From the IMG/VR virus record IMGVR_UViG_3300046007_008038: a DNA stretch of 64,000 nt. The stretch is one strand, 5' to 3'. Source of the DNA: an uncultured virus (IMG/VR IMGVR_UViG_3300046007_008038). Lineage: Duplodnaviria; Heunggongvirae; Uroviricota; Caudoviricetes. How positions within the stretch are numbered: the stretch's first letter is position 1; each line of letters starts with the position of its first letter. The position numbers were made by a program, and so were the translations under genes. Below are positions 29,869 through 40,018 of the stretch, in pieces. The notes beneath the pieces are model-generated. The model was not told the DNA's origin, searched no databases, and worked only from the letters and a program-made list of their open reading frames with translations.

Positions 29869-32800
29869 GTGACTGAAACACCATCCTTTGAATGCGGTAA
29901 ATTTTATCCCGGTCAAGGACCCGGAAACCGTAGAGATAGAGAGCCTCCAGTCACTCCTAAAAGGCATCCTAGGAGAAGAAGACGGGATGGTGAACCTTGG
30001 GGACCTAAGGGACCTATTAGAGATAGACCACCAACTAGATTAATTCTAAGAGTTTGCTGGGTATGTAAAGAGCGTCCTGCAACTGATCCAGAAGGATTTA
30101 GTTGTGCAAGGGATGGCACTCCAGTATCAAATGGTCCATGTCGATGTAGATTAATTACAGATAGATTTTGTGAAAGAAAAGAAACTTGGGTTCCAGATTT
30201 GCCCGGGGCAACTAACTGCCCTGTAAATGAGTTTCAATCGGAACCTGCTTGTGCTTCAGTTTGTAGAGACGGGGTACAGATTGTTTGTCCAGAACAACCT
30301 TGCTTATATTATTTATGTTGTATAAAAGAGGAAAATGAGCAACGGGTTCCTTGCCCACAATATGGACCGGGATGTACTTGCCCATTACTTCAATCAGCAA
30401 ATTGTCAAATATATAATGGTGGCACCGTTGCTATTAATGAACAATGCCCCCCTATAACCTTCGGTGGATTATGCCCTAATGGAGACAGATTACTAGGTTA
30501 TTCTTTGAATAGTACTGAAGCCTGTAATGCTCCATGGTGTGCTGATGTCATAGGTCCTCCAATATGCCCCGGAGAAACAACTGGGCCTGCGACTCCCGTT
30601 CCAATAGGACCCGGACCATCAACTCCCGGCCCCGCAGGACCCGGACCTTCTACTAGAGGCCCTACTGATCAAATTTGTCCACCAAGAACTTGTTATCATT
30701 GTGTAAATACTGGCAACCCAACAACTGGATGGTTTCCTTGTACACCCCCTAATAATCCATTATGTAGATGTAGGATAAGGCAAGATAGAGAATGTCGCGT
30801 ACATTCAATCCAACAAGGTACATTTGATCGTGATTTAGGTAGGTGTGTTTACCCGCCAACTACTGGACCCGGACCCGGATTCTATGGATGTGAACCTAAT
30901 GCTTTAGCAACATGCCAAGCATTATGTAGAGATGAAATAGAAGAAGATTGTGGAGATAGGGAACGAGTTGGTCCTTTAACTCCCGGTCCCGGACCAAGCA
31001 CACCCGGAGGTCCAACAGGACCCGGACCAGCAACTCCCGGACCCGGGCCAAGTGAAACTGGGGGTACTACCACTATAACAAAAACCTGTAGATTTTGTAT
31101 TCAAACTCCATCCACAGGAACTATTCCCTGCCCTCAATTCGGAGCAGGTTGTAGGTGTGCAATTATCTACAATAGAGAATGTAAATTAACGCAGGTAAAC
31201 AGAAGACCTGATGGAACTTTTCCTGAATGTGCTTCTGTTTTACCAGCAGGTTTAGTTGTAAATTCTGCACCTTATAGTAATTGCGCTGCCAATGATGGTT
31301 CACCATGTGAAAGAAAGTTAGGTGAACCAGTATGTCCTGAAGAACCTAGACCTTTGGGCGAAACTGGAGGAACTCCAATTCCTCAAGTAAAAACTTATTA
31401 TGTATGTATAAGAGAAAACGCATCCACAGGAGGGACTATTTTAATTGGGGGCTGCGTAGAGCGCCGAGCAACTTCAAAACCACCCGGGGCATTTGAAAAT
31501 TTACAAGCTTGTGAAGCCGTTTGTTCAAGACCTAGAACAACACCAATAGATGGACCCTCAACTACTGGAGGACCAGTTCCTTTAGTGCAAAGATATTCTT
31601 GTAATACAATCAATGGTAAATGTAGACAATTAACAGTACCACAAAACCAAACTGCTGGGACATACGGAAGTTTGGCACAATGTGAATCAGATTGTAGAGC
31701 TAGACAAGAAGGTGATACTTTATCCACGGCTGGAGATAGACCTGACCCAATATCAACTTTCTTTAAATGTAATAAGAGTACTGGAACTTGTGCTGGTATG
31801 ACTACTACTTTAAGTTTCGCGCAAGCTCAAGGATATTTTACAACTTTAACTGAGTGTCGATTGCGTTGCCAATCTAATACTGCTGAAGTAGATAGATTAT
31901 CTAGACAGGTTTTAGGAGGTCTTTCTCAAAGAGAATCAGGGGGTGGAATAATTTCAGACCCTACTCAAGTTAGAAATTATTTTAAATGTGTAAACAATGC
32001 TTGTATATCCACTATTGCAACTCCTACACAAGCTCAAGGACCAGAATATCATTTAACTTTCCAATCATGTAGAAATTATTGTAATAATGATGGACCTGTA
32101 AATTCAACTTCTGTTGGAGCGGGTATTCAAACAGAGCCTGTAATTTTAGATGATGGTGGGGCAGATGATAATGGACCTATTTTTAATGAAAGATTACCAG
32201 ACGCGGATACTGTCGGTGAAGTTATTTTTACAGGAAATAATAATCCTTCAAATCAAAACCCTGCTGATATAAATGTTGGAACTAGACCATTCTATGAATT
32301 ACCAGAAAATGCTGGCGCTGGAGTAGTTAATCTAGACCCCGCAGTTGCAGTTTATGTACCCCCAACTACAGACTACAACGAAGCAGTTGTTTATAATTTT
32401 AAACTAACTAATTTATTTTCTAACACAATTCACGAATCTATTGCTTATTATTTAGATAAAAATAATACATCTGAAGATTGGAGATCTTATTACTCTTCGG
32501 ATTTAACAATTTATAATATAGAAAAAAGCTTAAAACCAAGTGTAATAAGAATATTTGAAAACATTACGGATCAGTTAGGTAATTTAATAGGTAAGGATTA
32601 TTTCTTAGATGTGATTCGTAGGAAGTTAATTAATGGAACCATAGAAACTTTTGATATTTCTTATTATAGAAAGTTAGCTGAGAATCGAACTGCAAAAACA
32701 ATTGTACCTGAAAAAACTCAAGATCAAGTAGCAAATACTTTAAAAGCTTTTGCATATTTAGAAAATAATTTAATTCCTCTAGATGAAACTAAATCAACAG

Positions 32801-34146
32801 GAAGAACTGCTAAAATAACTCCACTGATAAAAGTTCTAGCAAGTGATTTAGAAAAATCATTAACAGTAGAGGTTGATGGTCAACCTAGAAAATATTATAT
32901 TAATGATGATGATATTGTAATTGGTAGAGCAAATTTAAAAATTTCCGATGGAGATTATATTGAAGTTGGTCTTGGCGTAAATCAAAGAAGAATTTATTTA
33001 GATACAGAAAAGGATCATGCTTATTTAATTCGTGATATAGATAAGATGATTGCTTTAGAATTATTGAATGGTGATTCTTCTATAATTTTAACAGTATCCT
33101 CACCTTACACATCTAACTTAGAATATAATTATTCTTTAAGTGGTGAAAGGGAAAATGTTTATTTCTTAAAATTAAAAACAGAGACTGTAGAAACAATTAG
33201 AACGACTGAATATATTGATACTACAAAAGCCAGATATGATCTTTGCTCCATAAGTACTGAACAAGATTTAAGTGCTATTAATGAATATGTAAAATTTAAA
33301 GCAAATCATTACATGTTCCCAGTACACCCTGATGATGTTTTTATTGATTATGTAGTGTCATCTGGTCACATTTATTTACAGCAACAAGATATCCGATTTG
33401 ACGGACATGCAAGAAAAACAAATAAAAATGTTCCATTACTAGTACGGCAATTACCTTGGTATATTTTATTATTCCCAACTAATAAGGAAGAGAATAATCC
33501 ATTTGATATACAATCAGAACTTATTCAATTCCAAACTAACGGAACTAATATTAGAGAATTAATTTACGAACTAAGTATTGACAAGAGCGAATATGATGCC
33601 AATATTACGACTACAAAATTTGTGGATCTAACGACTACTTACCCTGATCCTAATGTCATAGGTGAATATGAGCTAGATGCAAGAAAAGTTATTTTTGATC
33701 CAAGTAGCACTTTCTTTAGGTCAGGTTATAAAGATGAAAATAAATCTACAGTTAGACCAAAAACACCACTAAGAAAAATTAAAGAAATTATAAGTGAATT
33801 AAATTCTAATTATGTTTTAGATAGAGGTTTAACAACCTTCGATGTTTTCTCTAGACTACCTTTTACAGACTTTAATAAATTTATATCATCTCCAGCTAAT
33901 AAGACGATATTTGAAAGAATAAAATCTGGTGCTGTAGATAATATTCAAATATATGAAGTTACTAAATACTCTGGGGATGCTTATTTAAATAAAACTGCTT
34001 TATTAAAAAGAAGAGCAGCAGCAACTGAAGATTCTTACCCACAGCTTAGATCAATGAATAGTGGTCAATACATAGAACCGCCAACACAAACTGAGCCTGC
34101 TAAGATATTAACTTCAGCAATTAAACAAATAAAACCATTACAATAA
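29869..34146 (+). CDS. large modular protein: Cys-rich repeats with Pro/Gly linkers plus Cys-poor C-terminal domain
   Basis: 1425-aa uninterrupted ORF (GTG start) in tail operon; about 61 Cys by hand count in first ~740 aa, one after. Confidence 0.8.
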   Translation: MTETPSFECGKFYPGQGPGNRRDREPPVTPKRHPRRRRRDGEPWGPKGPIRDRPPTRLILRVCWVCKERPATDPEGFSCARDGTPVSNGPCRCRLITDRFCERKETWVPDLPGATNCPVNEFQSEPACASVCRDGVQIVCPEQPCLYYLCCIKEENEQRVPCPQYGPGCTCPLLQSANCQIYNGGTVAINEQCPPITFGGLCPNGDRLLGYSLNSTEACNAPWCADVIGPPICPGETTGPATPVPIGPGPSTPGPAGPGPSTRGPTDQICPPRTCYHCVNTGNPTTGWFPCTPPNNPLCRCRIRQDRECRVHSIQQGTFDRDLGRCVYPPTTGPGPGFYGCEPNALATCQALCRDEIEEDCGDRERVGPLTPGPGPSTPGGPTGPGPATPGPGPSETGGTTTITKTCRFCIQTPSTGTIPCPQFGAGCRCAIIYNRECKLTQVNRRPDGTFPECASVLPAGLVVNSAPYSNCAANDGSPCERKLGEPVCPEEPRPLGETGGTPIPQVKTYYVCIRENASTGGTILIGGCVERRATSKPPGAFENLQACEAVCSRPRTTPIDGPSTTGGPVPLVQRYSCNTINGKCRQLTVPQNQTAGTYGSLAQCESDCRARQEGDTLSTAGDRPDPISTFFKCNKSTGTCAGMTTTLSFAQAQGYFTTLTECRLRCQSNTAEVDRLSRQVLGGLSQRESGGGIISDPTQVRNYFKCVNNACISTIATPTQAQGPEYHLTFQSCRNYCNNDGPVNSTSVGAGIQTEPVILDDGGADDNGPIFNERLPDADTVGEVIFTGNNNPSNQNPADINVGTRPFYELPENAGAGVVNLDPAVAVYVPPTTDYNEAVVYNFKLTNLFSNTIHESIAYYLDKNNTSEDWRSYYSSDLTIYNIEKSLKPSVIRIFENITDQLGNLIGKDYFLDVIRRKLINGTIETFDISYYRKLAENRTAKTIVPEKTQDQVANTLKAFAYLENNLIPLDETKSTGRTAKITPLIKVLASDLEKSLTVEVDGQPRKYYINDDDIVIGRANLKISDGDYIEVGLGVNQRRIYLDTEKDHAYLIRDIDKMIALELLNGDSSIILTVSSPYTSNLEYNYSLSGERENVYFLKLKTETVETIRTTEYIDTTKARYDLCSISTEQDLSAINEYVKFKANHYMFPVHPDDVFIDYVVSSGHIYLQQQDIRFDGHARKTNKNVPLLVRQLPWYILLFPTNKEENNPFDIQSELIQFQTNGTNIRELIYELSIDKSEYDANITTTKFVDLTTTYPDPNVIGEYELDARKVIFDPSSTFFRSGYKDENKSTVRPKTPLRKIKEIISELNSNYVLDRGLTTFDVFSRLPFTDFNKFISSPANKTIFERIKSGAVDNIQIYEVTKYSGDAYLNKTALLKRRAAATEDSYPQLRSMNSGQYIEPPTQTEPAKILTSAIKQIKPLQ

Positions 34147-34147
34147 T

Positions 34148-34450
34148 ATGCCTTTTTCTTTAATAGTCCAAACTGATCGAACTACCTGTGGGGCTGAACA
34201 ACTGGTACAAAATCAAAATAATGTTTTTATAAGTGAAAAGTTAGTTGTAGTTGAAGGGGATGAAACTAAACCTCACCCGACTGCTACTTATCCTGCAATA
34301 ATTAAAAATCCAAATAATATTAGTAAAGTATTTATTAATAATATTCCTATAGTAGTTGAAGAGGATGGATTACCCGAGCATGGGTCTTCACCTCATTCTG
34401 AATCAGATAGTTTATATACCAATAACGGGTTAAATGTAAAAGCATACTAA
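34148..34450 (+). CDS. PAAR-like spike-tip protein (gp5.4-like)
   Basis: DRTTCG, NVFI..VVVEGD..PH, KVFINNIPIVVEED..EH..PH. Confidence 0.7.
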   Translation: MPFSLIVQTDRTTCGAEQLVQNQNNVFISEKLVVVEGDETKPHPTATYPAIIKNPNNISKVFINNIPIVVEEDGLPEHGSSPHSESDSLYTNNGLNVKAY

Positions 34451-34527
34451 AAAAATAAAAAATTATATTATTTTAAAGAAGGATGCTACATAAGTTTAGA
34501 GCTTACATTTTTTAATGGAGATAAGCC

Positions 34528-35106
34528 ATGCAACATATTAATTTAAATGATGATTTTCGTAATAAGCTCCTTGAGTCAGCCGCTTGGGGAAAAATTGGCC
34601 TAAATGTAAATGAGGGCAAGGCTGAAAAGGGCCAACAAAGCCTCAAAGAAGCTGTTGATGCTCAAGGTTACGAGCAAATCCAAGATTCAGAAGAGCAAGA
34701 AGTTGTTGAAGAAGGGGAAACTCATGTTTGCCCACTTTGCACTTCCCTCCTACCTGAAGCCATAGATGAAGAAAGAGTTCTAGAGCATTTACATATAATA
34801 GCTAATGTTTTAGATCGTCTTAGCAGCATCAATGAAAGTGAAGAAGATTTAGAATCAATCATAGCTGAATGTGTAAACGAAGTTCTTTTGGAATCAGAAG
34901 AGATGCTAGATGAGGATTCCGAAGAAGATTCAGACGATGAGATTTCGGATGATGAGTATGATGAAGAAGAGTCTGATGATGTAGTTGAAGAAGGCGATAT
35001 GGGTGGATATGGATCCTCTACCCCAGCCGGAAAAAAAGCTAAGATGTCTAAGAAGCCTGCAAAAGGCAAAATGAAAATGCCTATGAAGGGCAAGAAGTCT
35101 TGCTGA
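34528..35106 (+). CDS. acidic prohead-core-like protein with CPLC motif
   Basis: GGAG RBS; D/E tract, Lys-rich tail; opens the head cluster. Confidence 0.6.
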   Translation: MQHINLNDDFRNKLLESAAWGKIGLNVNEGKAEKGQQSLKEAVDAQGYEQIQDSEEQEVVEEGETHVCPLCTSLLPEAIDEERVLEHLHIIANVLDRLSSINESEEDLESIIAECVNEVLLESEEMLDEDSEEDSDDEISDDEYDEEESDDVVEEGDMGGYGSSTPAGKKAKMSKKPAKGKMKMPMKGKKSC

Positions 35107-35112
35107 TTTTTA

Positions 35113-35141
35113 AGCAGTCAAGTATAAAAAACTTGGCTGCT
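35113..35141 (+). terminator. stem-loop, possible terminator
   Basis: AGCAGTCAAGT / ACTTGGCTGCT inverted repeat (one G-U pair); poor U tract. Confidence 0.45.
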
Positions 35142-35163
35142 ATATAAATTTTTAGATTATTCT

Positions 35164-35616
35164 ATGACTACTTTAAAACAATCTGGATTTAGCATAGGTT
35201 CTTTTGCGGAGCAGTTGATAATGAATGAAATGACTACTCCGCAAAAAGCTAAAAAGTTTGTAACTAAAACTCCTGAAGTTGAAAAGCAACTCGATATTTC
35301 TGAAACGGTAGTTCCAGAAGAGTTTATGTCCCAAGTATTAGGAAAAAAAATACAAACAAAAAAACCAGATATTAAACCTAAACAAAGCATAGTAGAAAAC
35401 AAACAACAAGTAAATTTAATAACTGAAGAAAAAGCAGATAAATTAATTACTTTATTAGAAGATGTTAAACAACTTCTTGAAATGACTACTGGTGGATGTT
35501 GTGGATGTTCAATGAGTGGACCTAAAGTAGCAGAGCCATCTGGAAGAAATAAAAAATCTTCAGATGCTGTTTTAATTTTTGCTCAAAAATTAAAGAAATT
35601 TAAAGGTAAGAAATGA
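35164..35616 (+). CDS. hypothetical head-cluster protein
   Basis: 150-aa ORF, K/E-rich. Confidence 0.6.
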   Translation: MTTLKQSGFSIGSFAEQLIMNEMTTPQKAKKFVTKTPEVEKQLDISETVVPEEFMSQVLGKKIQTKKPDIKPKQSIVENKQQVNLITEEKADKLITLLEDVKQLLEMTTGGCCGCSMSGPKVAEPSGRNKKSSDAVLIFAQKLKKFKGKK

Positions 35617-36035
35617 ATTTAGTTGAAATTCTAGATGAAATAAAAATGATATTTGAAGCCCGTGGATCAGAGGCGGGTAGATCTTATTATACATCTAGGG
35701 AAGGTACTAAAAAAGAAAAACACTTACCAACAAAAGCTAGAGTTACTACTTATGGGAGTATAAAACAAGCTTTAGACCAAGCTAATTATGGAGACATTTT
35801 TAGTACTAAAGCTGCAAATAGATTATATGTAGTATCTAAGGGAAAATGGGGTGCTAAGAGTGGTCGAGGTAAAATCGCAAAAGGGTTTAGTCCCGGAAGT
35901 TCCACACCTGATTCTAGTTTTAATTCAATAAAAAAACATTCTGTACGAACAAAATTAAGATATGGTGAAGGAAATAAAAAATTAGCTTCTAAATATGGAA
36001 GTAGAAGTTTGAAAAAGAAATTCGGAGTAAAATAA
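35613..36035 (+). CDS. basic hypothetical head-cluster protein
   Basis: 140 aa, short acidic leader then K/R-rich body. Confidence 0.65.
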   Translation: MNLVEILDEIKMIFEARGSEAGRSYYTSREGTKKEKHLPTKARVTTYGSIKQALDQANYGDIFSTKAANRLYVVSKGKWGAKSGRGKIAKGFSPGSSTPDSSFNSIKKHSVRTKLRYGEGNKKLASKYGSRSLKKKFGVK

Positions 36036-36036
36036 T

Positions 36037-37539
36037 ATGCTATTAACTGATGTATTTTTAATTGAGAGATTACAAATAATAAACGAAGGTTCTGAAGGGA
36101 AGACCATGCGCGTTCGTGGGGTATTCCAAAGGGCTGAAGAATCTAATAGCAATGGTAGAATTTATCCCCAAAATGTTTTAAATAAACAACTAGATAAACT
36201 TCAACCTTTGATTGAAGGCAGAAGACTTTGTGGAGAATTAGACCACCCTACTAATGATACTGTTAAGTTATCTAATGCATCACACCTAATAACCAAGCTA
36301 GAAATGAAGGGTAATGAGGTTATTGGAGAAGCAGAAATTTTAAATACTCCTGCTGGTCTTACTGCTAGAGCCTTAATTAATGGTGGTGTAAAAATAGGTA
36401 TATCATCGAGAGGAATGGGGACTTTATCAGAAAACTCAGAAGGTAAGAAGATAGTCAATGAAGACTTTAATTTAATTACATTTGATTTGGTTGCTGACCC
36501 TTCAACACGAGGAGCCTATCCAGAATTAACTGAATCAAAGAAATCTAAGTTTATAAATGAATCTAAACAAAAGTTAGAAAAAGAATCTAATTTAGTAAAG
36601 ATTCTTAAAGCAAGATTTGATGAAGCTTACTCACAATATAATGAAGCAAAACTGATTGGTAAACAAAAAAACTTAGATGTTGATCGTGATGGTCAAATTG
36701 AAGGTTCTGATTTAGCTATGCTAAGAAAGAGAAAAGGTAAAAAATCTATTAAAGGTAAGGGCAAGAAGCAAGCTAAAACAAATCTAAAAAAGATGCAAAA
36801 GTTAGCTTTTTTAAAAAAAAAATTAAGTGAAGAAAATGAGAATATTGATGAAGCTTTTGAAAGCTTAAAAGGTAGAGTCAAGCGTGCAGGGCAAGCATTT
36901 TTTGCAGACCCTCCTGCTGGAGCACCAGCAGCAGCACCAGCAGCCACAGCAGTAGCACCTAAAAAACCCGGATTATTTGGTAAAATAGGGCAGAGTCTAG
37001 GAGGTATTTATGGTGCAGCTAAAAAAGGTTTTGACGCTGGATATGCAGGAAAACCTATATTTGATACTCCCCGTCCTACCCCAACACCTACCCCAGAAGC
37101 ACCCCCAACACCTACCCCAGAAGCACCCCCAACACCTAAAGAAACTTTTGACAAGGGTGGAAATCAAAGAACTTTAGGGGGGGCGTTAGCAACGATTAGA
37201 GCCGCTAGAGGAGCCTCTTATAACAGGAAGTTAAAAAATCCAAAAATAAAAGGAGCCTCTAGAGATGCTATGGATGCTAAGGCAACCCGAATAGCATCTG
37301 GATTAGCAGGAATGGGAAGAGGGTTGTCATCTAGACAGGCAGGATTAGAGGATCAAGGTACAAGAGATGAATTGGCTGTCATATTGAAGGCAGACCGCGC
37401 ACGCATGAAAGCCGAAAAAGAAGCTGCAATGAAGGCAAAAATGGAAACTTCATCTAAGGCTTACATAGGTATAGGAAAATTAATAGCAGAAAGTGGGGCC
37501 TTTAATAACTTAGTTAACCGTCTAAAAAGAAGACTTTAA
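36037..37539 (+). CDS. gp21: prohead protease gp21 with long C-terminal extension
   Basis: GVFQRAE..N.NGRIYP, GELDHP, ASH, GISSRGMG, DLVADPS. Confidence 0.93.
   Translation: MLLTDVFLIERLQIINEGSEGKTMRVRGVFQRAEESNSNGRIYPQNVLNKQLDKLQPLIEGRRLCGELDHPTNDTVKLSNASHLITKLEMKGNEVIGEAEILNTPAGLTARALINGGVKIGISSRGMGTLSENSEGKKIVNEDFNLITFDLVADPSTRGAYPELTESKKSKFINESKQKLEKESNLVKILKARFDEAYSQYNEAKLIGKQKNLDVDRDGQIEGSDLAMLRKRKGKKSIKGKGKKQAKTNLKKMQKLAFLKKKLSEENENIDEAFESLKGRVKRAGQAFFADPPAGAPAAAPAATAVAPKKPGLFGKIGQSLGGIYGAAKKGFDAGYAGKPIFDTPRPTPTPTPEAPPTPTPEAPPTPKETFDKGGNQRTLGGALATIRAARGASYNRKLKNPKIKGASRDAMDAKATRIASGLAGMGRGLSSRQAGLEDQGTRDELAVILKADRARMKAEKEAAMKAKMETSSKAYIGIGKLIAESGAFNNLVNRLKRRL
37081..37137 (+). repeat. 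24-bp tandem repeat (PTPTPEAP) in gp21 extension
   Basis: CCAACACCTACCCCAGAAGCACCC twice exactly plus a partial third copy. Confidence 0.9.
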
Positions 37540-37650
37540 AATTTGAAAAGTATTTATTAAACCGGAGTTAATACTAACTAATACATTTTTTAAAAAAAAT
37601 TAAAAAATTATAACATAGATAGTATCTATTTAAAGCTAGGAGCATTTTCC

Positions 37651-38289
37651 ATGGATAAAAAGTTAACAAATATAGCAGAGATTTTACCTGAAGGATTAGA
37701 TGAATCCACAGTAGAAAAAATATTTACCCTAGTTGATTCAGTAATAAATGAACAAGTTGAATCTAAAATTAGTTTATTAGAAGCAAAAGTTAATGCTTTC
37801 TTAAGAACAAAAATAGATCAATTAAAGGAACAAGCTATTACTGAGTTAGCAGAAGAAAACGAAGTTTTCAGAAACGCAAAACTATTTGAATCCGTTAGAA
37901 CTTTGATGACTCTAGAACTTTCTGAAGAAGATGAAAAGAGCGTTGTTAATGAGATAAAAGAGCAATCCTCCGAACTACAAGAGGAAGTTGATGTTCTATC
38001 TGAGCAAATTAACAAGCTAGTTCTAGAGAATGAAAAATTACAAAATACAATTAAAGTTCTATCTAGCAAAGTAAACCTTTCCGAGCAAAAGACGAGAAAG
38101 CTTGAAAAGGACAGAATGAGATTGGTTGAAAATGTGAGAAATTTAGAAGCCTCTAGAGATGAAGAATTTGTTTCTTCTGAGAAGGCTGTAATTATTTCTG
38201 AATCAGAAAAACCAGTCTCTATTAGAGAACAGGTAGGTAACCCGTTCTTATCCCCAGAGGCTATGAAATTAATGCCTTTTTCTCGTTGA
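37651..38289 (+). CDS. gp22: prohead core scaffold protein gp22-like
   Basis: Glu-rich coiled coil between gp21 and gp23; AGGAG RBS. Confidence 0.75.
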   Translation: MDKKLTNIAEILPEGLDESTVEKIFTLVDSVINEQVESKISLLEAKVNAFLRTKIDQLKEQAITELAEENEVFRNAKLFESVRTLMTLELSEEDEKSVVNEIKEQSSELQEEVDVLSEQINKLVLENEKLQNTIKVLSSKVNLSEQKTRKLEKDRMRLVENVRNLEASRDEEFVSSEKAVIISESEKPVSIREQVGNPFLSPEAMKLMPFSR

Positions 38290-38303
38290 TTAGGATTTAA
38301 AAA

Positions 38304-39938
38304 ATGGACTCAATGTATATTCATGATGAAAAATTAACGCAGAAGTGGGGGCCTGTACTTGAAGGCATTAATAACGACTACGACCGTAGAGTAACAGCCC
38401 AACTTCTAGAAAATCAAGCTAAAGCTATAGTAGAAGATAAACTTCGTGAAGAAATTTCAACAGGAGCCACCACAACTGGTCACCTAGGAACCTTCGCTAA
38501 GTTTGCTTTCCCACTCGTAAGAAGAGTGTTCCCTGAGCTGATTGCTAAGAACTTCGTGGGCGTTCAGCCAATGCAAGCTCCAGTCAGCCAAGTATTCTAC
38601 TTAGGTCACAGCCGTAAGTATGGTACAAATGAAGCTCAGACTGTTTACAGCAAGTTTAACATGACCTACCGTGGTTTGACCTCAAACCCAATCGGTTCAG
38701 CTTCTGGTACAGATGCTGGTACATTCTATACAGGATCAACTGCTGGAACAGGCACTGGCCTTGATGGTGATGTTGCTGTAACTGGTTTCGACCTATCAAA
38801 TGTGTTACAAACAAACTCACTTTCAGCAATTTATGGTAATGGTGCTCCTTCAGGCACAATGGGCGGCAAGATTGCTGCATTCCCAAATGCATCCGCAACT
38901 TACGGATGGGTAATGAGTGCAGGTGAGCGTCTAAATGGTACAGGTATTCCTGAACTAACCATGCACATTGAACAAGAGGCTGTCATTGCTCGTACTCGTA
39001 AGATGCGTGCATTGTGGACTCTTGAAGCATCACAAGACCTCAAGGCTTACCACAACCTAGATCTTGAAAGAGAATTAACTGATCTTCTTTCAAAAGAACT
39101 ACAGTTGGAAATAGACCGTGAGCTAATCGAAGATTTGCGTATGATTGCTTATGGATTTAACCGTAATGATGCAACTTCTGGACTAGGTGGTGTTTCATTA
39201 CAAAATATGGATAGCAGCTATCTAAACTTTGGTACTTTTGATGGTCTTGCTAACAAAGATACTGGTGCAACAGGAACTTTTGTTCCCGGACAGTTTACAT
39301 ATGATTTCCCTGTATTGAATGCTACGGCCACAGCTAATCAGTTTGGTGCATTACCAAGCAACAGAAATGTTTTTGTAGTAGACTTTGGTGCTTTCACTGG
39401 CACACTTAATCCCCGTCACCTCGGAGAAGTTTATGCAAACCTCTTGGCAGTAATTAACTTTGCTGCTCAAGATATCTACAAGACTACAATGCGTGGTCCC
39501 GGTAGCTGGTTGCTAACTTCACCTGTTGTTGCATCATTACTTGAGAGTGCTGCTAAGTTGGAAGGTGGAATTGCTAGAGAAGATGGTCCTACCAATATCA
39601 CCAATAACTCAATTCAATTTAGAGGCAAGTTCATGGGTCGTTACGATCTCTATGTAGATCCAATGTTCCCAGATGACGAGATAATGGTTGGTTATAAGGG
39701 TTCAAACGCCATGGATGCTGGTTACATCTATGCTCCTTACATCCCACTACAACAGTTGCCAACAGTAACTGATCCTGATAGCTTCCAACCAAGAAAGGGT
39801 ATCCTCACCCGTTATGGTAAGGTTGCTATCGAGCCTAACACAAGATTCTACCGTGTAATTAGAATCGTAGGCCCCTCACTCAACTTCCTTACTTACCCCT
39901 TCGTTGCGGTAACTAAGAAGTGGGGTAATGCTCTCTGA
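38304..39938 (+). CDS. gp23: major capsid protein gp23
   Basis: KW..VLEG, LLENQ, PLVRRV, GVQPM, RKMRALWTLEASQDL, LEIDRE, YAPYIPL, SFQPRKGILTRYG. Confidence 0.97.
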   Translation: MDSMYIHDEKLTQKWGPVLEGINNDYDRRVTAQLLENQAKAIVEDKLREEISTGATTTGHLGTFAKFAFPLVRRVFPELIAKNFVGVQPMQAPVSQVFYLGHSRKYGTNEAQTVYSKFNMTYRGLTSNPIGSASGTDAGTFYTGSTAGTGTGLDGDVAVTGFDLSNVLQTNSLSAIYGNGAPSGTMGGKIAAFPNASATYGWVMSAGERLNGTGIPELTMHIEQEAVIARTRKMRALWTLEASQDLKAYHNLDLERELTDLLSKELQLEIDRELIEDLRMIAYGFNRNDATSGLGGVSLQNMDSSYLNFGTFDGLANKDTGATGTFVPGQFTYDFPVLNATATANQFGALPSNRNVFVVDFGAFTGTLNPRHLGEVYANLLAVINFAAQDIYKTTMRGPGSWLLTSPVVASLLESAAKLEGGIAREDGPTNITNNSIQFRGKFMGRYDLYVDPMFPDDEIMVGYKGSNAMDAGYIYAPYIPLQQLPTVTDPDSFQPRKGILTRYGKVAIEPNTRFYRVIRIVGPSLNFLTYPFVAVTKKWGNAL

Positions 39939-39954
39939 TTTAAATAACTAAATT

Positions 39955-39992
39955 AAAAGAGGCAAGGAAATAAAACTCCTTGCCTCTTTTTT
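39955..39992 (+). terminator. rho-independent terminator after gp23
   Basis: AAAAGAGGCAAGGA / TCCTTGCCTCTTTT stem with T run. Confidence 0.85.
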
Positions 39993-40018
39993 CTTACCTA
40001 TATATATTAGGGAGTTTT

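Noticed and set aside
30580..31060. GGACCCGGACC repeats as a DNA-level array or collagen
   Set aside because: Irregular spacing, in-frame Gly-Pro linkers, not Gly-X-Y periodic.
6058..34450. Bacterial contractile injection system or tailocin
   Set aside because: Capsid, protease, neck and replication genes show a complete phage.
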